Of a stretch of DNA of 64,000 nucleotides, positions 1 to 7,784 are shown one piece after another (position 1 is the stretch's first letter; every line of letters starts with the position of its first letter). Source of the DNA: Candidatus Anstonella stagnisolia (GTDB lineage Archaea > Micrarchaeota > Micrarchaeia > Anstonellales > Anstonellaceae); contig CABMCJ010000001.1 in assembly GCA_902384585.1 (NCBI GenBank), forward strand, positions 671 through 64,670, given 5' to 3'. The position numbers and the translations under genes were made by a program. The notes beneath the pieces were generated by a model. That model did not search any database and was not told where the DNA came from. It saw nothing but the letters and a program-made list of their open reading frames with translations.

Positions 1-1692
1 TACTTTGAATTCCTCTTTCAAAATCCACGCTGCCCTCATTGCTTCTGCAACTTCAGGACCGCACGCAATTATCGCAATATCCTCACGTTCGTTTTTCGCA
101 TCCTTTGAAAGAACAGTTTCAAACGCATCCGTAAATTGCGCCTGCTCCCCCCTATAATGCACCACTGTCGCGCTCCCAAACTTGTAAGGCGTAGAATCCT
201 TTGTAACAATGGGGGTTGCCTCCCTCGCAAACCTTACGTAGCACGGCCCGTCTATCTCATCTATCATCGCGTGCGTTGTTTTCTTTGTCTCAATGGAGTC
301 GCAGGGCACAAGCAAGTTCATGTTCGGCAGCCCTGCAATTTGGAATATCTCCTCAAGCGCCTGGTGCGTTGCCCCGTCAGGGCCTACGGAAACTCCCCCG
401 TGCGCCCCTACGATTTTCACGTTCCATCCCCCGTACGCAACAGTTGTCCTTAGCTGGTCAAGCGCGCGCCCAGCCGCGAACACCCCGTAAGTCCCAAAGA
501 AAGGAATTTTTCCCTCTTTCGCAAGCCCGGCAGCAACACAGGTGCCCGACTGCTCCGCAATCCCGACAGAGAAAAAGCGGCTTTTCCTCTCGGGCTTTTT
601 CTCATGGAACATGTTAATGCAAATTGAGCCTGAAATGTCAGCCCCAAGCGCAACAACGTTGGGGTTCTCGTTTTCGTGCAGCTCCTCCCCAAATCCCATC
701 CTTGTGGGCTTCATTTCCACCTTCATTTTTTCCTGTGCGTTCCACCAATAGTCCTTTGAGAATTTTGGCATGAGCGCATCAATTTCTCCATTCGCTTTTT
801 CCTGCCACTCCTTCGCAATTTTTATCATCTCGTCCTTTGGAAGGTATTCCACTTTCAGTTCCTTAAGCGCGGCATCAAGCTGCTCCCTGTTTGGCGCCCT
901 CCCGTGCCATCCTGCCTGGTTTTCCATAAACGATACTCCCTTTCCCTTCACTGTTTTCGCAATTATCACTGTGGGCTTCCCCTTTGTGCGCATTGCGCCT
1001 TCGAACGCTGCAAGCAGTTCTTTTACATCGTGCCCATTGCACACAATCACGTTCCACCCAAATGCGCGGTATTTCTCATCAATCGGGTCAATATCCATCA
1101 CATCTTTCACTTTCCCATCAATTTGCAGCTCGTTCTTGTCCACTATCCCAATAAGGTTGTCCAGCTTGTAATGCCCTGCCTCCATAGCAGCCTCCCATAT
1201 CTGCCCTTCCTGCTGCTCCCCATCGCCCATAAGGCAAAACACCCTGTACTCCTTCCCGTCCAATCTTGCAGCAAGCGCATCCCCTACCGCAACGCTCAAG
1301 CCCTGCCCAAGCGAGCCACACGAAAGCTCAATCCCTTCGCATTTTTTCCAGTCGGGGTGCCCCTGGAACGGGCTTCCCAATTTCCTAAGTGTTGCAACCT
1401 GCTTAACATCAAAATATCCGCAATATCCAAGGGGCACGTACCATGCGGGCGCCTTGTGCCCAACAGAGAAAAACAGCCTGTCACGCGCATCCCACTCCGG
1501 CTCGGATGGCTTGTGTTTCATCACGCGCAAAAATAGCACTGAAAGGACGTCCATTGAGGAAAGCACGCCTCCGCTGTGCCCGGAACCCGCGCAATATATG
1601 GATATCAGGGAATACCCTCGCATCTCGTTTGCCGCCTTTTGCATCTCCTCAATTGAATAATGCCTCTCTCCTTTTTCTTCTATTATGCCCAT
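1..1692 (-). CDS. tkt: Transketolase, fused TPP-binding and pyrimidine-binding halves; C-terminus runs off the left edge
   Basis: Absent from the ORF track because there is no stop in the window. My translation from the ATG at 1692-1690 reads MGIIEEKGERHYSIEEMQKAANEMRGYSLISIYCAGSGHSGG...CLMGDGEQQEGQIWEAAMEAGHYKLDNLIGIVDKN...FFSVGIAEQSGTCVAAGLA...GAHGGVSVGPDGATHQ. It is open and in frame to position 1 (564 codons). Confidence 0.85.
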   Translation of the reverse strand, partial: MGIIEEKGERHYSIEEMQKAANEMRGYSLISIYCAGSGHSGGVLSSMDVLSVLFLRVMKHKPSEPEWDARDRLFFSVGHKAPAWYVPLGYCGYFDVKQVATLRKLGSPFQGHPDWKKCEGIELSCGSLGQGLSVAVGDALAARLDGKEYRVFCLMGDGEQQEGQIWEAAMEAGHYKLDNLIGIVDKNELQIDGKVKDVMDIDPIDEKYRAFGWNVIVCNGHDVKELLAAFEGAMRTKGKPTVIIAKTVKGKGVSFMENQAGWHGRAPNREQLDAALKELKVEYLPKDEMIKIAKEWQEKANGEIDALMPKFSKDYWWNAQEKMKVEMKPTRMGFGEELHENENPNVVALGADISGSICINMFHEKKPERKSRFFSVGIAEQSGTCVAAGLAKEGKIPFFGTYGVFAAGRALDQLRTTVAYGGWNVKIVGAHGGVSVGPDGATHQALEEIFQIAGLPNMNLLVPCDSIETKKTTHAMIDEIDGPCYVRFAREATPIVTKDSTPYKFGSATVVHYRGEQAQFTDAFETVLSKDAKNEREDIAIIACGPEVAEAMRAAWILKEEFKV

Positions 1693-1714
1693 ATTCTCAC
1701 GCCCTAAGAAATAG

Positions 1715-2905
1715 TTATTTCCCCTCAACAACTTCCTTCATCCTCCTTATTCCCTCCACAATATTTTCCTTTGAGGTCGCATAGCTCAACCGCACGTGCT
1801 GCTCATTGTCCCCTTCATTCCTTTTCCCAAAGTGCCGATCAGACAAAACCGCAACGCCATTTTGCAAAAGCAGCCTTCGGAATTCTTCGGAATTTTTCAG
1901 GCCCAACTTTTCAACCGCCTTTGTAACGTTTGGGAAAGCGTAGAATGCGCCTCCGGGCATAAGGCAGCTCACACCCTCTATTTCATTCAGGAGTTTCACA
2001 GTAAGGTCCCTTCTCTCCCTAAAGCTCTCCACCATTTTGTGCGATTCGTCCTGCGGCCCCTCAAGCGCCTGCTTTATGGCATACTGCGAAATGTGGTTCG
2101 GGCAACTCTCAGTATTCGTAATCCAGCGCGCAAGGTGCGCGGCAAGCACGGGATTTGCAGCGTACCCCATCCTCCAGCCAGTCATTGCATACGCCTTTGA
2201 GGCGCCGTCGCACACTACGGTCCTTTCGTACATGCCGTCAATGGACGCGATGCTTGCAAAAGGCTTGTCGTACACAATCCTGCAATACACCTCGTCGGAA
2301 TACACCCAGAAGTCGTGCTTCTTTGCAAGCTCTGCAACCGCTTCCAAATCCTCCTGCTCTAGAATCCCGCCCGTTGGGTTGTGCGGCGAATTCAAAATTA
2401 GCAGCTTTGTCTTTTTCGTAATCCGCCTCTCAAGCTCCTCAATCTCAAAGCCGAATTTCTTTTTCTCGGAAAGCGGAAGCGCAACCGGCACCGCGCCCCT
2501 TGCAATTATCTGCGATTCGTAAATCGGGAACCCCGGGTTCGGGTAAATGACCTCGTCCCCCACCCCGTAATCCGTTGTGCATGCAATCGTGAACGCAATG
2601 AAATGCTTTGCCCCGTTTGCAATTGCAACGTGCTCCGGCTTGACGTCAATTTTCCTTGTTTGCGAAAGGTATTTTGCAACAACTTCGCGCACGTGCAGCA
2701 GTCCCACAGAATCCGTATACCCAGTCCTTCCTTCGTTAATCGCCTTTATCGCGGCATCCTTTATGTGCCGCGGCGTGTCAAAGTCCGGCTGCCCGATGCA
2801 GAAGCTTATCACGTGCTTTCCTTCCCTTGCCATCCTGTTGACTTCAGCGAGCACCTCAAAAGCAGTTTCAGTCCCAAGCGCAAGCGTCCTATTTGAAATT
2901 TTCAT
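1715..2905 (-). CDS. Class I/II PLP-dependent aminotransferase (aspartate aminotransferase-like)
   Basis: From ORF 1715..3001. Motifs LNSPHNPTG and SKAYAMTGWRMGY (PLP lysine). The internal start MKISNRTLALGTE at 2905 fits family N-termini better than the 32-codon upstream extension. Confidence 0.85.
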   Translation of the reverse strand: MKISNRTLALGTETAFEVLAEVNRMAREGKHVISFCIGQPDFDTPRHIKDAAIKAINEGRTGYTDSVGLLHVREVVAKYLSQTRKIDVKPEHVAIANGAKHFIAFTIACTTDYGVGDEVIYPNPGFPIYESQIIARGAVPVALPLSEKKKFGFEIEELERRITKKTKLLILNSPHNPTGGILEQEDLEAVAELAKKHDFWVYSDEVYCRIVYDKPFASIASIDGMYERTVVCDGASKAYAMTGWRMGYAANPVLAAHLARWITNTESCPNHISQYAIKQALEGPQDESHKMVESFRERRDLTVKLLNEIEGVSCLMPGGAFYAFPNVTKAVEKLGLKNSEEFRRLLLQNGVAVLSDRHFGKRNEGDNEQHVRLSYATSKENIVEGIRRMKEVVEGK

Positions 2906-3129
2906 AATTCCACCAACCATCCACGCCCGAAGCCCCTGCCTTGCGGCAGGGGTAAAGGCGTGGTCGTTATTTGCCAACCTAGTACACATCATCAAGCCCA
3001 CTCCTTTAGGCGTGGGTGGTTGACCCTCTATTTTCTCCCGTAATGCTTCCTCCCGCCACCTTATCTCACTGAAACTTAAATAATGTTATTACTGGCGCCC
3101 CTGCCCGCAGCATGCAATAATTTTTAAGC

Positions 3130-4260
3130 ATGCAATCCCAGAATTTTCCCATGCGCCTATTCCGCACGGCTGCACTCGCTGTTTTTCTCATCCTGCTCAC
3201 CTCATTTGTGCACGCGCAAAACTCGGACGCCCCACCTCCGGTTCCGACGGGGGATTACAAAATAACCTTCTACCTGACTGATTCCCAGGGCGCGAAAATA
3301 CCGGATTCGCAGGCATACTTTACCTTTACGAATGAAAAGGGCACAAGCGTGCAGGCCGCCTCCCCAGTGCGTTCAGGCATTGCATACGCATACCTTGACA
3401 GGGGTGACTGGGAGGGCATTGTTGAAGTGGACGACCCGCTCACGCCTGCATACGACTATGCGCTTGCCTTCAACACAAGCGTAAGTTCTGACGCAAACAC
3501 CACCCTTAGCCTGTATGAAATCTCAAGCACGAATTTGCGCATACACGACGAGGCAGGCCTGCTCGTCCCTTCCGTGAGCGTTTCCCTTGACTGCGTGCGT
3601 GTGCCGCCCTCGGAAAAAAACAAATTCCCAAAGGACGCATTAAGCGCAACAAGCTCCCCCGAAGGGACGCTGCTGCTTCGCCACGTCCCTATAGGCAACT
3701 GCTACATCTACGCGGCAAAGGACAACCGCGTTGGAATGATTTCAGTGAACTCCTCGCGCGGCGAAATAGTTGAGCGCACCGCGGTGCTCAAGGACAAGGT
3801 AAAAGACGACATGCTTTCCTCGCTCCCGTTTTTTGTTGTTCTCATAGCTGCACTCATAATAATGTATTTCATATTTGTGAAAAAGAAAGGCGATGAAAAC
3901 GGCGAAGCGCCCCAGCACGGAAAACCAATCCGCTCAGAAGGAACTGCTTCCCACGAAGAAAAGGCGCGCACCGCAAAACCGCACGAAGAAGGCAAGCAAA
4001 TCCCAGATAAACCCTCATCAGTTTCAGCAGAAAAGCTTTCCGGCATCCTCAACACGCTGGACGCGCGGGAGAAGAAAATCGTGGAGCTCGTGCGCAAGAA
4101 TGGCGGGCAGATGAAGCAGTCAAAAATATACCACACCCTCCTTTACCCCAAGGCATCGCTTTCCCGCATGCTGCGCTCCCTTGAGAGGAAAAACATCATC
4201 ACCCTCGAGCCGTTTGGGAACTCAAAATCCGTGCGCCTTTCAGACTGGCTGCAAAAGTAG
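3130..4260 (+). CDS. Membrane-tethered winged-helix transcription regulator (signal/TM, extracytoplasmic beta-rich domain, TM, linker, C-terminal wHTH)
   Basis: N-terminal hydrophobic signal LFRTAALAVFLILLTSFVHAQ. Second TM is LPFFVVLIAALIIMYFIFV. C-terminal LDAREKKIVELVRKNGGQMKQSKIYHTLLYPKASLSRMLRSLERKNIITLEPFGNSKSV is a MarR/TrmB-like wHTH, as in archaeal membrane-associated regulators. Confidence 0.6.
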   Translation: MQSQNFPMRLFRTAALAVFLILLTSFVHAQNSDAPPPVPTGDYKITFYLTDSQGAKIPDSQAYFTFTNEKGTSVQAASPVRSGIAYAYLDRGDWEGIVEVDDPLTPAYDYALAFNTSVSSDANTTLSLYEISSTNLRIHDEAGLLVPSVSVSLDCVRVPPSEKNKFPKDALSATSSPEGTLLLRHVPIGNCYIYAAKDNRVGMISVNSSRGEIVERTAVLKDKVKDDMLSSLPFFVVLIAALIIMYFIFVKKKGDENGEAPQHGKPIRSEGTASHEEKARTAKPHEEGKQIPDKPSSVSAEKLSGILNTLDAREKKIVELVRKNGGQMKQSKIYHTLLYPKASLSRMLRSLERKNIITLEPFGNSKSVRLSDWLQK

Positions 4261-4279
4261 CATTTCCTTCCAAAATATC

Positions 4280-4304
4280 GTTCCAAAAATAAGCCTTTTG
4301 GAAC
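4280..4304 (+). terminator. Hairpin GTTCCAAAA-N7-TTTTGGAAC downstream of the wHTH gene
   Basis: Perfect 9-bp inverted repeat 20 nt after the stop at 4260, lying in a T-rich context. Confidence 0.4.
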
Positions 4305-4373
4305 GTTTATTTGCCAAAATAAGCATTTTAGTGCCTTCTTTTCCAATGCCTTATTTTTTTGTTCCGCAAAACC

Positions 4374-4381
4374 TTTATAAA
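4374..4381 (+). promoter_or_regulatory. TATA box TTTATAAA (context ACCTTTATAAAG)
   Basis: Same CTTTATAAA core as upstream of secY (48064) and of the signalling island (40736). It lies about 180 nt upstream of the 4559 start. Confidence 0.4.
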
Positions 4382-4558
4382 GCCAGTAAAGTCCCAAAGA
4401 ACTTGCGCAGCAAAACATGCTTGCATCAATCGCAATAAAAAAGGAAAAACAAATTGAAAAAATAAAAAAGAAATCCAGAAAACTGAAAAAAGAAAAAGGA
4501 AAAACAAATCCGGCAAAAAAGAAAAACAAAAAAGAAAAATCTTGGAAAGGTGGTAAAA

Positions 4559-7081
4559 ATGAAAAACGCAAACGCAAAAATTCTCTTCATTGCACTGTTC
4601 GCATTCATACTTATGGCAGGCAGCATATCCGCAGCCTCGCTCACCCTATATCAAGGCTGGAACATGATAACGCCCGGCGATGACGGATTGACGGCATCCG
4701 CAATCTCAAACTCATGCTCGCAAACCGGCTCAATCTGGCATTACGACGGCAGCAACTACCAGCGCGCAAGCGGCACGCTTGAGGCAGGAAAAGGCTACTG
4801 GGTGCGCGTGAATTCCCAGTGCACAGTAAATACATATGGAAGCGCTTACACGGTTACCTCCCTTAGCATGAATTCAGGCTGGAACCAAATCGGCATCCCT
4901 TCTTCAACAGGCTCATACTCATCTTCAAGCACGTGCAGCATACAGGGCGGCCCGTGGTACTATGACACCTCTTCAAACTCCTACCAGAGAAGCGACATCT
5001 CATCCCTTATCGCTGGCAGGGGCTACTGGGTGAAAGCCTCGTCCTCATGCACCCTTTATTTTGGCGACACAAGCCCGCCCCAGCCGCCTTCTGAGGACAA
5101 CACAGGCGCGCTCAGCTACATTTCAACCTATGCCTCAAACTATTACCCATACAACGGCCAGGCGGTTTCCATTGACATTTATGCATACGACACCGACGGC
5201 TCATATGCAACTGCGCAGGAAGGCACGAGCGTTTCAGGCTCTGTTGACTCTTACGGCCGGCAGGGCTATTCGCTCTCAGGCTTCACGTACGGCTCCGGGC
5301 ATTTCTCCGCAACTTTCAGCGCATCCGAGGCAGGCAGCTACACGATAAACGTTGTTGCAGCCAAAAACGGCGTGCAAAAAACAAGGAGCATAACAATAAG
5401 CTATGCAGTGCAGCCGCCGCTGGGCTACATCTCATACTGGTACGGCAAGGTGAACATGCACAGGGAGCGCTACGGCAGCTGGCAAACGGATTCAGACCGC
5501 ACATCAGGTGCGGACATAAACCAGCTCACATACTGCCAGAAGTTCTTCCCAGGCTCCATCGGCGTGAACGAAACCAGCAGGGAATACATATCCAGCTGGA
5601 AGGACGTGAACGGCACTTCATACAGCGGCTATGGCATAACATACGCCTGCCTGGCTACAAACTACTACCGCGTGGTTACCGACCTCAAGGGCGATGACGA
5701 GGCGCAGAGAGGCACGGTGACTTTCACCTCTTCCCCCTCCTCGGCAAGCGTGGTTGTTAGCGACTACAACGGCAACGTGGTATCCCGAGGCACAACCCCA
5801 TACAGCGCGCAGCTGCAATACGGAAGCTACCGCGCGCTTTTCACCATGGACCACTTCGACAACTACACGTACTACCTGTATGTGAACGACCGCACGGAGA
5901 CGGCTAACGCCTATCTCTACCAGACAAGGCCGCTGGGCTACATCGCATACTGGCAGGGCAAGGTGAACATGCACACAAGCCAGCAATACTACAACGGGAA
6001 CAACTGGCTAAGCGACGATAACGCGGGTTACGGCGCGAACACGGACCAGCTTGACTACTGCAAGAGGTTCTACCCGCAAACGCAGGGCGTGAACGAGACA
6101 ACAGCATATTACATATACGGCTGGAGAAACGCGAACGGCAACACCGTTAACGGATACGGCATAGTGTATGCCTGCCTGCCTTACGAGTACAAGAACATAG
6201 TTACCGACCTCGCCCCGCACACGCAGGGCACGGCAATGCACATATACGACGAGCTTTCAACCGACCACTACAAGGCGGCCCTCTACGACGTATCAGCATA
6301 CCGCGGGGCATACGCCGCAAGCATAGACATATACGATTCGCTTGGCACGCGCCTCACGAGCGTTTACGTTGTTCCGGGCTCCAACTACACATACGCTGCA
6401 CGCAGGGCGAACTACTCCCTGGATATAAAAGTGTACAGCGTGGAACCGGCGGCAGGAAAAGGCATGGGCTACCGCTGGGCGGACGTGGCTGTATCAGAAT
6501 CGCAGGTCCAGCCGCCCCAGCCTAGCCTCGATTATGCGACAGTGGAAGGCAGCAATGGAGGCAGGGTAAACGCAGGCTCGCCCCTTGCAATACGCATAAA
6601 CCCGGTTGACACTGACGGCAGCATAGCAATCCCAGACGAGGGCACGGCTGTGAGCGCAACGGTTGGCGCAAACGGCATGGGAGGCTATTCGCTCGGGCAG
6701 TTCACATACAGCGAGGGATTGGGATATTTTGCTAATTTCCTTGCAAACCAGTCAGGCACATACACAATAAGCGCAACCGCGCGCAAGAACGGCGTGGAGC
6801 GCACCGCGCGCACCACAATTTACGTGCAGCCCGTAACGCTTGGGCAGATTGCATACTGGTACGGCAAAGTGAACCAGCACCGCACTCCAAACGGGCAGTG
6901 GCAGACTGACAATGACGGCGCCTCTGGCGCTGACCTTGCGACCCTCGGATACTGCCAGAAATTCTTCCCCCAAACCAATTACGCGAATAACATAGGTTCC
7001 GTGTACATAAACGGATGGAAGAACAACGGGAATGAGGGGTTTGCCAACGGCACCGGCACGCTGTACAACTGCGTGCAATAA
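4559..7081 (+). CDS. Large secreted modular repeat protein (2x N-terminal Cys module, 2x Ig-like module, 3x two-Cys YWYGKVN module)
   Basis: From ORF 4550..7081; the ATG at 4559 is preceded by GGTGG. Signal peptide is KILFIALFAFILMAGSISAAS. Internal repeats are visible by eye (see findings). Confidence 0.75.
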   Translation: MKNANAKILFIALFAFILMAGSISAASLTLYQGWNMITPGDDGLTASAISNSCSQTGSIWHYDGSNYQRASGTLEAGKGYWVRVNSQCTVNTYGSAYTVTSLSMNSGWNQIGIPSSTGSYSSSSTCSIQGGPWYYDTSSNSYQRSDISSLIAGRGYWVKASSSCTLYFGDTSPPQPPSEDNTGALSYISTYASNYYPYNGQAVSIDIYAYDTDGSYATAQEGTSVSGSVDSYGRQGYSLSGFTYGSGHFSATFSASEAGSYTINVVAAKNGVQKTRSITISYAVQPPLGYISYWYGKVNMHRERYGSWQTDSDRTSGADINQLTYCQKFFPGSIGVNETSREYISSWKDVNGTSYSGYGITYACLATNYYRVVTDLKGDDEAQRGTVTFTSSPSSASVVVSDYNGNVVSRGTTPYSAQLQYGSYRALFTMDHFDNYTYYLYVNDRTETANAYLYQTRPLGYIAYWQGKVNMHTSQQYYNGNNWLSDDNAGYGANTDQLDYCKRFYPQTQGVNETTAYYIYGWRNANGNTVNGYGIVYACLPYEYKNIVTDLAPHTQGTAMHIYDELSTDHYKAALYDVSAYRGAYAASIDIYDSLGTRLTSVYVVPGSNYTYAARRANYSLDIKVYSVEPAAGKGMGYRWADVAVSESQVQPPQPSLDYATVEGSNGGRVNAGSPLAIRINPVDTDGSIAIPDEGTAVSATVGANGMGGYSLGQFTYSEGLGYFANFLANQSGTYTISATARKNGVERTARTTIYVQPVTLGQIAYWYGKVNQHRTPNGQWQTDNDGASGADLATLGYCQKFFPQTNYANNIGSVYINGWKNNGNEGFANGTGTLYNCVQ

Positions 7082-7102
7082 GCGGCGCAAGGACGTGAAC
7101 AA

Positions 7103-7738
7103 ATGAAAAACTACACAATCGCCCTTGTGCTCGCGGTGCTGCTTTTCGGCTGCATCTCAGTGGCAACAAAGCAAAGCACGCCCGCATCCGGATGCAGCGG
7201 GCGCTTTGACGAGGAACTGAACAAGTGCGTGCAATACTCGGACAGCGTATTTTCCTCCGCATCGCTTTACGAAGGGAAATACGTGTGCTTCTGGGGCACG
7301 CTCGCAACGCAAAAGCTCCTCACAATGCCAAGCACCAAAAGCCCCCGCATTTCAGTGCACGTTTCATGGGGCGCGAATTCCCCCCCATCAATAGGCAACT
7401 GCACAAAGGCGCTTGCAAACGTGTGCGGCACTTTCTCATCCGCAAACTTCGAATACTACCAGCTGCTTGATGCGCAGGCAATAGGCCTTGACAAGGAGGG
7501 CTGCACCGCATCCCCCTCAGAACAAGCGCAGCAGCAATCCCCCCAAACCCAGCCTGCCCCGAATTCGCCCCCATCAGTTCCTTCTGATCCGCAAGGCAAC
7601 AACCCTCCCGCGCCTCCTGCAGGAAACTCAACTGCAACCAATTCCCCCTCAACTTCACCTGATCCAAACGCAGACATGCCGCCCCCGCTCCCAACGGATT
7701 CTTCAGGCGACATGCCGCCCCCGCCCCCTTCAAACTGA
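7103..7738 (+). CDS. Small exported lipoprotein-like protein with Pro-rich C-terminal tail
   Basis: Signal with a lipobox-like LLFGC. The C-terminus is rich in P/S/N (PAPNSPPSVPSDPQGNNPPAPPAG...MPPPPPSN). Confidence 0.6.
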   Translation: MKNYTIALVLAVLLFGCISVATKQSTPASGCSGRFDEELNKCVQYSDSVFSSASLYEGKYVCFWGTLATQKLLTMPSTKSPRISVHVSWGANSPPSIGNCTKALANVCGTFSSANFEYYQLLDAQAIGLDKEGCTASPSEQAQQQSPQTQPAPNSPPSVPSDPQGNNPPAPPAGNSTATNSPSTSPDPNADMPPPLPTDSSGDMPPPPPSN

Positions 7739-7784
7739 TGCTGAAAAACAAATTAAAATAACCTAAAACTACGAGGTGCATAAA

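Noticed and set aside
4417-4683. 88-aa Lys-rich ORF (MLASIAIKKEKQIEKIKKKSRKLKKEKGK...) upstream of and overlapping the large secreted protein gene.
   Set aside because: It is simply the translation of the polypurine tract (AAA/AAG/GAA codons) and overlaps the signal-peptide region of the real gene in another frame. It has no SD or start context.
4559-7081. Diversity-generating retroelement target, given the repeated C-terminal modules in a surface protein.
   Set aside because: No reverse transcriptase gene and no non-coding template repeat with adenine-specific mismatches exists in the window. The repeats differ at all base types.
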